From Candidatus Heimdallarchaeota archaeon (GTDB lineage: Archaea > Asgardarchaeota > Heimdallarchaeia > JABLTI01): a DNA stretch of 13,062 nt. The stretch is taken from the NCBI GenBank assembly GCA_019058275.1, contig JAHLVW010000038.1:1-13062 (forward strand), written 5' to 3'. This document shows positions 8,543 to 13,062 of the stretch, piece by piece (the first letter of the stretch is position 1; each line of letters opens with the position of its first letter). The translations under genes and the position numbers were made by a program. A model generated the notes under the pieces. That model worked only from the letters and a program-made list of their open reading frames with translations, was not told the origin of the DNA and did no database searches.

Positions 8543-9631
8543 TTAGTTATCCCTTCGCAAGTGGTTTTTTTCTGCGATTAGTGGATGGTTTTCATCCTTC
8601 GCAGACCGTTCCTGAAGAATAGCAGTTATTTTTTCTACCCCTTTTTTCGATGGGTTGATGCGTTTCAGCACCAATGACTTAGATAAGAATTTTTCGTTTT
8701 CTTCTTCTTTTTCTTTAGTCGGTAGTGAAACTATCTTTACTCTATTATTCTCGAGTGTTATTTTTCCCTTTTTAAAATCATTGATTAATAGGTTAACTGC
8801 AAGTAGTAGATGCGTTCTCAGTTTGTTGTTTGCATAAGTTATTGTTTCGTAGAATCTCGCGATTGTTTTATTGTAGTATATATAATTGTAGAGTGCATAA
8901 ACTGAGTGTTGTTTTGTCGCTATTTCTTCTGCTACTGCTTTGCAGTCTATCTCTCCGTTTTCATAGTCGTATCTTTTTTCTTCTTTTCTTGGTATCCTTC
9001 TGTTTAGGAATGATGCTAAACCGTCATATTTCCTTATGATTGGTATGAGCCAGTTGTTGTTATTCTGCTCCGATCCATTTTCATGATGTTTCTTGCATGC
9101 TTCTCGAATGAAGCTGTTTGTTATCTCTACTTCGTGGTAGATCTTGCTGCTGTGTTTTTCTGTGTGTACGAAATCATGCAGGAGTAGTGCTTTGATCGCT
9201 GTTTGTAGTGGTTTTGGGTGTTTCCCTAATCCTTTTCTTATTGTTAGTTTCTTTTCTTGAGGAGTCTTTCTTACTGGAGTAATTTCTTGTTGTTCTCTCC
9301 ACTTTATTTTTCCCATTCCGTTTTTTTGATGTGCTCCTAAACCTTCTAGTGATAAGAACCTTTGTAATTTCTCTCTTGCTTGGTTGTTGTTTCCTGGAAA
9401 ATCTACTACCACAAACCCTTGGAAGCATTTTTTGATTGTTGGTGCTTTTCTTACTCCTTTGATGAGTTTTCCATAATATTTTTTTCTTGGATAGGGTAGG
9501 TATCCTTTTTCATTTTCTCGAGGTTCTTTTGTTACGGAAATCTTGCATCCCTTGATATAGAAAAAAGGAGTATTAATGACTATTGGTGTGATTAATTCTC
9601 CTATTAGTCTTGAGCGTTTGTTTTTGGCCAT
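8543..9631 (-). CDS. Cas5-like minimal RAMP domain fused to an HD nuclease-like domain
   Basis: First strand plus ITP motif (LIGELITPIVI) and a glycine-rich loop GLGAHQKNGMGKIKW (about 9311-9343). Then ALLLHD (HD at 9173-9178), a further H, KKHH, IIRKYDGLAS and a late LRTH. The ATG at 9631 has GGAGG upstream and overlaps the upstream RAMP gene by 28 nt. Assignment to the Cas5 group specifically is inference. Confidence 0.7.
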   Translation of the reverse strand: MAKNKRSRLIGELITPIVINTPFFYIKGCKISVTKEPRENEKGYLPYPRKKYYGKLIKGVRKAPTIKKCFQGFVVVDFPGNNNQAREKLQRFLSLEGLGAHQKNGMGKIKWREQQEITPVRKTPQEKKLTIRKGLGKHPKPLQTAIKALLLHDFVHTEKHSSKIYHEVEITNSFIREACKKHHENGSEQNNNNWLIPIIRKYDGLASFLNRRIPRKEEKRYDYENGEIDCKAVAEEIATKQHSVYALYNYIYYNKTIARFYETITYANNKLRTHLLLAVNLLINDFKKGKITLENNRVKIVSLPTKEKEEENEKFLSKSLVLKRINPSKKGVEKITAILQERSAKDENHPLIAEKNHLRRDN

Positions 9632-10407
9632 GCTTTCATCCCTTCCTCCATTTCTTTCCATAGGTTTCGAGTTTTTTCTTCTTCGATTACTTTTCCTTGT
9701 TTGTCAAATTCTCTGCTTCGAACTACTTCTTGGAGTGTTATTTGTTTCAACTGCACTCTTCCTCCTCCATTGTTCACACTAGCCCCTAGTCCTAGTTCTG
9801 GTGCATAGAGTATTGCTTTTAGTAAGAAGCCTAATTCCTCTTGAGTAAGTTCTCCTAGTAATTCTATCTTTATTGTCAGTTCTCCTGAGAAGTATCTCTC
9901 TCCAAAGTCTTGTATGCTGAACTTTGACTTACTCTTTAGTGCGTTTCTTCGTTCTGTAGCTATATGCACTGCCTGGGTGTCTGTTTCCCTCTTTCCTTTG
10001 CTGTTTGCTTCTGAGACAATTATTACTGGTTCAAATTTCAGCTTGGATTGTTTTACTATTGATCCCATTAGCCTGTGCTTGATGCACTCTTTTTCTGGAT
10101 AGCATTTACCGTTAGCATGGAATCCTTCCGGTAGTAGGTTTTCACCTTTTTGGGTTTCCGTTTTATCTGATGTATGACAGATTTCTACTCCTTCTTCTTT
10201 TGCTATTGTCATCATTGCATGATTGATCCAACCACGAATGCCTTTTACTAAGTATCTTTTTCCATTTCCATTGTCTTTCTCTGAGCCATTTCCTAAAAGT
10301 AATAAATTATTTACTTTCCCTCCAACAGCTGGACCATTTCCCGTCTTACTGATGGGTGTTTGGGCGAGAATGACTAGACGTTTGAATTTTCTAGATATTT
10401 CAGTCAT
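9604..10407 (-). CDS. Cas7-group RAMP protein (Csm3-like)
   Basis: RAMP motifs in the canonical order: LVILAQTPIS, KGIRGWINH (cf. slKG.lR), a Cys/His insert ending ECIKHRLMGS (cf. C..C.lFGs), SKLKF, thumb ATERRNAL, ERYFSG and a G-loop GLGASVNNGGGRV (about 9761-9792). ATG at 10407 is preceded by GTGA. Confidence 0.82.
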   Translation of the reverse strand: MTEISRKFKRLVILAQTPISKTGNGPAVGGKVNNLLLLGNGSEKDNGNGKRYLVKGIRGWINHAMMTIAKEEGVEICHTSDKTETQKGENLLPEGFHANGKCYPEKECIKHRLMGSIVKQSKLKFEPVIIVSEANSKGKRETDTQAVHIATERRNALKSKSKFSIQDFGERYFSGELTIKIELLGELTQEELGFLLKAILYAPELGLGASVNNGGGRVQLKQITLQEVVRSREFDKQGKVIEEEKTRNLWKEMEEGMKAWPKTNAQD

Positions 10408-10550
10408 AATAATCACTTATTATATTTATTATTTCTATTAAATATGCTAAAATTAGCAAATATAAACCCCTCGCTAATAGCTTTAATAATACTTTATATA
10501 TTATTTTTACAATACATAGAATAAGAACCAAAATCCTAAGAGGGAAACTT
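10408..10550. promoter_or_regulatory. Divergent promoter region with a palindromic candidate operator
   Basis: TATA-like TTTATATA on + (10493-10500) and TTTATATTT on - (10458-10466), each about 50 nt from its ATG. Perfect inverted repeat TGCTAA-AA-TTAGCA at 10445-10458 and a related GCTA-A-TAGC at 10473-10481. Confidence 0.55.
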
Positions 10551-10715
10551 ATGAAATTTATAGGTAGTTCAAAAGTCACAAGACAAGGGCAAGTATCAAT
10601 ACCAGCGGATATTAGGAGAAAATTAGCTATTTCGATAGGTGATCATATTGTCTTCGTGGAAGACAAAAATGGTCGCATTTTTATAACAAAGGAGATTTCT
10701 CTCCCTCCAGAATGA
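10551..10715 (+). CDS. AbrB/MazE/SpoVT-family DNA-binding protein, 54 aa (not in the ORF track)
   Basis: Manual translation gives MKFIGSSKVTRQGQVSIPADIRRKLAISIGDHIVFVEDKNGRIFITKEISLPPE, matching the swapped-hairpin signature (KV..xGQxxIP..IR..L.I..GD). Confidence 0.92.
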   Translation: MKFIGSSKVTRQGQVSIPADIRRKLAISIGDHIVFVEDKNGRIFITKEISLPPE

Positions 10716-10785
10716 ACACACTAGGTTATTTTGTGTGATGTTTATTATTTGAGATTATTAATTATCAGATGAAGATGAGGATAGT

Positions 10786-12399
10786 ATGACACTTACTTGG
10801 ACTAATGATCCCCAATTATTAGATAAACATCCAATTAACTATAACAATTGGGAAACCGCAAATACACTCATAGAACAGGAAGGACTAAAACGCGTTATTA
10901 ATGAAGACCTTTCTTTCACAAATCTGTATGGTATTATGGTTCGAAAGATTGATTTTGTCCGGAAAAAAAAGAGTGATCGTATCATAGCAAGATTTTCTTT
11001 TCTCGTAATAACTGATGAACAGAAAGAACAGATTCAAGCAAAGATTCTCCTCATTGCTGAAGCTGCTCGAGATTATTTTTATCGATCGATCAATAAGTCA
11101 ATTCTTACTTGGCGAGATGTACTTGCTGATTATCTTGAACGAGGAGCCATTCCTTTCCCACTATTTCGTTGTGCTCAAGCAGTTATCCCAGATTTACAAT
11201 TACCTGTAAGAAATAGCCAAATCTCTTTCACCAGTGCTCGAGGGGAAGCATTCACTTTTCCGCTTTGCATAACGAAACCTTTAGCTTACCTTTGTGGTGT
11301 CTGCAACGGTGATGGTAATCTTCGGAACTACTGGGTAATTATTGTTGATGAAACAAAAAAACACATTATAAACTTGTCAAATATGCTTGGTGATTTATTT
11401 GGTAAAAAAGGACATATAATGCAAGATAAAGGAGCTTGGGTAGTAAAGCTAAATCTTTTATGGACTGCCAGGTTGTTTAATTTCATTACCGATCAAACAA
11501 TCAATGCTCCAAAGTATGATTCCTTAAGAGAACCATTGCTATTTCAACAACTAGGAGCTCCCTACAGAAACTTATACTGGCGAGGAGTTTTTGACTCGGA
11601 TGGGTCATTTAAAAACCAATTAACTTTTTGCTCTATTAGTGCACATTTATGTGAAGATTTTCAGAGCTTTCTTACAGATGTATCTATCACTAATAAATTA
11701 ATAGAACAAAAAATTGGTGGTTACCAAGTTAAGATTCCAGCCAGAGAAAAGCTAAAATTTGCACAAGAAATAGGTTCATTACACAGTAAGAAAATAGTGG
11801 ATTTCATTGCTTTTTTAGAGAAATCTCTTCCTTCAATTCAATTTCAAGGATTTAATAATCAAAATCTGACTTCTACTGGTTTCTTTAATTTTCATTTACT
11901 GCCAACAATGTCTGTGTTAGGATTGGAACAGTTTTTTAAAAATGCACAACCAACTTTACAAGAATTGCTTTCCACTAAAGAAATACGTCGTTACACAAAT
12001 GGTAAAGGAATTACTATTAGAAAATTAGCTTCTTTATTATCGTCCCAAAAAACTGATTTAATGGAGTTTTTAAATAATTTTCATGAAAAACTATTCTTCC
12101 AATCTTCTATCTCATCAAAAATTAAACTTTATTTGAAGCCAACTAATGAATTTGCAAAAACCTTGAAGTTTATAGTTCCAACCACAAGAGGTGCAACACT
12201 ATATGGAGAAACCCAAGTCATAACTATTATAATTGAAAAGCAATTTTCCATATCAATTCAAAATAACAAAATCCAAAATAAGTTACTAAGTAAATATTTC
12301 CGAACTTTTTGTGTTTATGCTCCATCGGAAAAGGAACTTGAAAATAAAGACGAATTCATCTTATCTTGGAAAAAAGACATAATTTCTCCAGAAAATTAG
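10786..12399 (+). CDS. Free-standing double-motif LAGLIDADG endonuclease-like protein with N- and C-terminal extensions
   Basis: Two LAGLIDADG-type helices: LAYLCGVCNGDG (11281-11316) and YWRGVFDSDG (11575-11604), about 100 aa apart. It has its own start with GAGG upstream, and no intein splice termini are visible. Confidence 0.8.
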   Translation: MTLTWTNDPQLLDKHPINYNNWETANTLIEQEGLKRVINEDLSFTNLYGIMVRKIDFVRKKKSDRIIARFSFLVITDEQKEQIQAKILLIAEAARDYFYRSINKSILTWRDVLADYLERGAIPFPLFRCAQAVIPDLQLPVRNSQISFTSARGEAFTFPLCITKPLAYLCGVCNGDGNLRNYWVIIVDETKKHIINLSNMLGDLFGKKGHIMQDKGAWVVKLNLLWTARLFNFITDQTINAPKYDSLREPLLFQQLGAPYRNLYWRGVFDSDGSFKNQLTFCSISAHLCEDFQSFLTDVSITNKLIEQKIGGYQVKIPAREKLKFAQEIGSLHSKKIVDFIAFLEKSLPSIQFQGFNNQNLTSTGFFNFHLLPTMSVLGLEQFFKNAQPTLQELLSTKEIRRYTNGKGITIRKLASLLSSQKTDLMEFLNNFHEKLFFQSSISSKIKLYLKPTNEFAKTLKFIVPTTRGATLYGETQVITIIIEKQFSISIQNNKIQNKLLSKYFRTFCVYAPSEKELENKDEFILSWKKDIISPEN

Positions 12400-12699
12400 A
12401 AATACCAGAGCATAAAAAAAATAAGTCTATCAGAGGGGACTGTTCGAAGATTTTAGCAGTGAGAAACAAGTCTAACAGTTGTTTGGGTTTGATATATAGT
12501 TGTTTTGCTGAACTGGGCTTTAGGAATCGTTCTTTCCTTGAAAGAGGTTATCTCCTTCCTTATTCCAGTGTTCTTTTTAACCTTCGTTTTTCCTCTTGTT
12601 CGTTTTTTTGTGATTTGGTTCTTTTTCGTTCTTTTTCATCCGATTTTTTGTGATAGTATTTTGCTTTCTTGCTTAATTTTCTCCCCATTTTAAGCTCTT

Positions 12700-12944
12700 T
12701 TTTGTTCTAAAGGTTGTCGAGTGTTGGTACGTACTATTTAAAGTCTTTCCTTGACATGAGACCCGCCAGCTTTGAGTTGAAAAGAAACCTTCTCCTACCT
12801 TCTTTTTGTTATTCTTTCTTCAAAATCTGTCGAGTCTTTTTAAAGGGTGTACCACTTTGGGTACCCGACAAGATGGGTCATCGAAATCTTTTTCTAGATC
12901 CAGGAGAATAGCTTTTTCACCTCTTAGGCGCTTCTGGAGCGTCC
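12700..12944 (+). promoter_or_regulatory. Putative CRISPR leader / promoter region
   Basis: No convincing ORF. TATA-like TTTAAA elements near 12737-12742 and 12837-12844, each downstream of a TGTCGAGT 8-mer (12715-12722, 12828-12835). It adjoins the intact repeat. Boundaries are approximate. Confidence 0.4.
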
Positions 12945-13058
12945 GTTGCAAAAGTAAAAGCTCAATTATGAGTATTGAAATCCAGGTACATGGACTCCAG
13001 GAGTTTTAGAAGCTACTGAAGGTTGCAAAATAAAAAGCTCAATAATATGTAGTGATAG
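12945..13058 (+). CRISPR. CRISPR-like mini-array: 37-nt repeat, 40-nt spacer, degenerate 37-nt repeat
   Basis: R1 (12945-12981) GTTGCAAAAGTAAAAGCTCAATTATGAGTATTGAAAT; spacer 12982-13021; R2 (13022-13058) GTTGCAAAATAAAAAGCTCAATAATATGTAGTGATAG. The repeats are 29/37 identical without gaps. R1 has the GTT...ATTGAAAN ends of class 1 repeats and a GCTCA/TGAGT hairpin just before the last 8 nt. The window ends 4 nt after R2. Confidence 0.72.
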
Positions 13059-13062
13059 GAGG

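Noticed and set aside
6790-10441. Short ORFs nested in the EF-2 paralog and RAMP genes
   Set aside because: They are shadow frames with low-complexity translations driven by strand skew.
10551-12399. AbrB plus downstream gene as a type II toxin-antitoxin pair, or the LAGLIDADG ORF as an intein
   Set aside because: The downstream protein has no PIN/MazF features, and there are no intein splice motifs or flanking extein.
12423-12478. AAGTCTA(T/A)CAG direct repeat pair, with a similar inverted AAGTCTAA near 8531-8538, considered as mobile element ends
   Set aside because: The matches are too short in AT-rich DNA, and no transposase, integrase or target-site duplication is visible.
12560-12688. 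42-aa Lys/Arg/Glu-rich minus-strand ORF (MGRKLSKKAKYY...) containing near-direct 14-nt repeats at 12601 and 12641
   Set aside because: It is explainable by the purine-rich low-complexity strand and has no clear RBS. It cannot be excluded as a small protein but is not supportable.
12366-13009. Plus-strand ORFs 12366-12653, 12505-12693, 12714-12911 and 12806-13009
   Set aside because: They are Phe/Leu/Ser-rich products of a T-rich tract with no motifs, several overlap each other, and the last runs through the CRISPR-like repeat.

Overview
AT-rich archaeal window, most likely Asgard (Heimdallarchaeia-like), inferred from a class I CCA-adding enzyme and a divergent EF-2 paralog outside the S12-S7 operon. 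The left part holds housekeeping and envelope genes: CCA-adding enzyme (5' end outside the window), two tandem GT4 glycosyltransferases, a rubredoxin missed by the ORF track, an AlkA-like glycosylase followed by a decayed second copy, a sequon-rich membrane protein and the EF-2 paralog (diphthamide loop HTG instead of HRG). The right part (8543-13062) is the interesting one. It has a two-gene RAMP module (Cas7/Csm3-like protein overlapping a small Cas5-like RAMP fused to a Cas10-type HD domain), a divergent AbrB-family regulator missed by the ORF track, and a free-standing double-LAGLIDADG protein. At the very end is a CRISPR-like mini-array: a 37-nt GTTGCAA...ATTGAAAT repeat, a 40-nt spacer and a degenerate second repeat. 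No cas1, cas2, cas3 helicase, cas6, cas8 or full cas10 is present in the window. Together this looks like a minimal, highly derived class 1 CRISPR-related system. All family calls come from motif reading only; no database searches were run.
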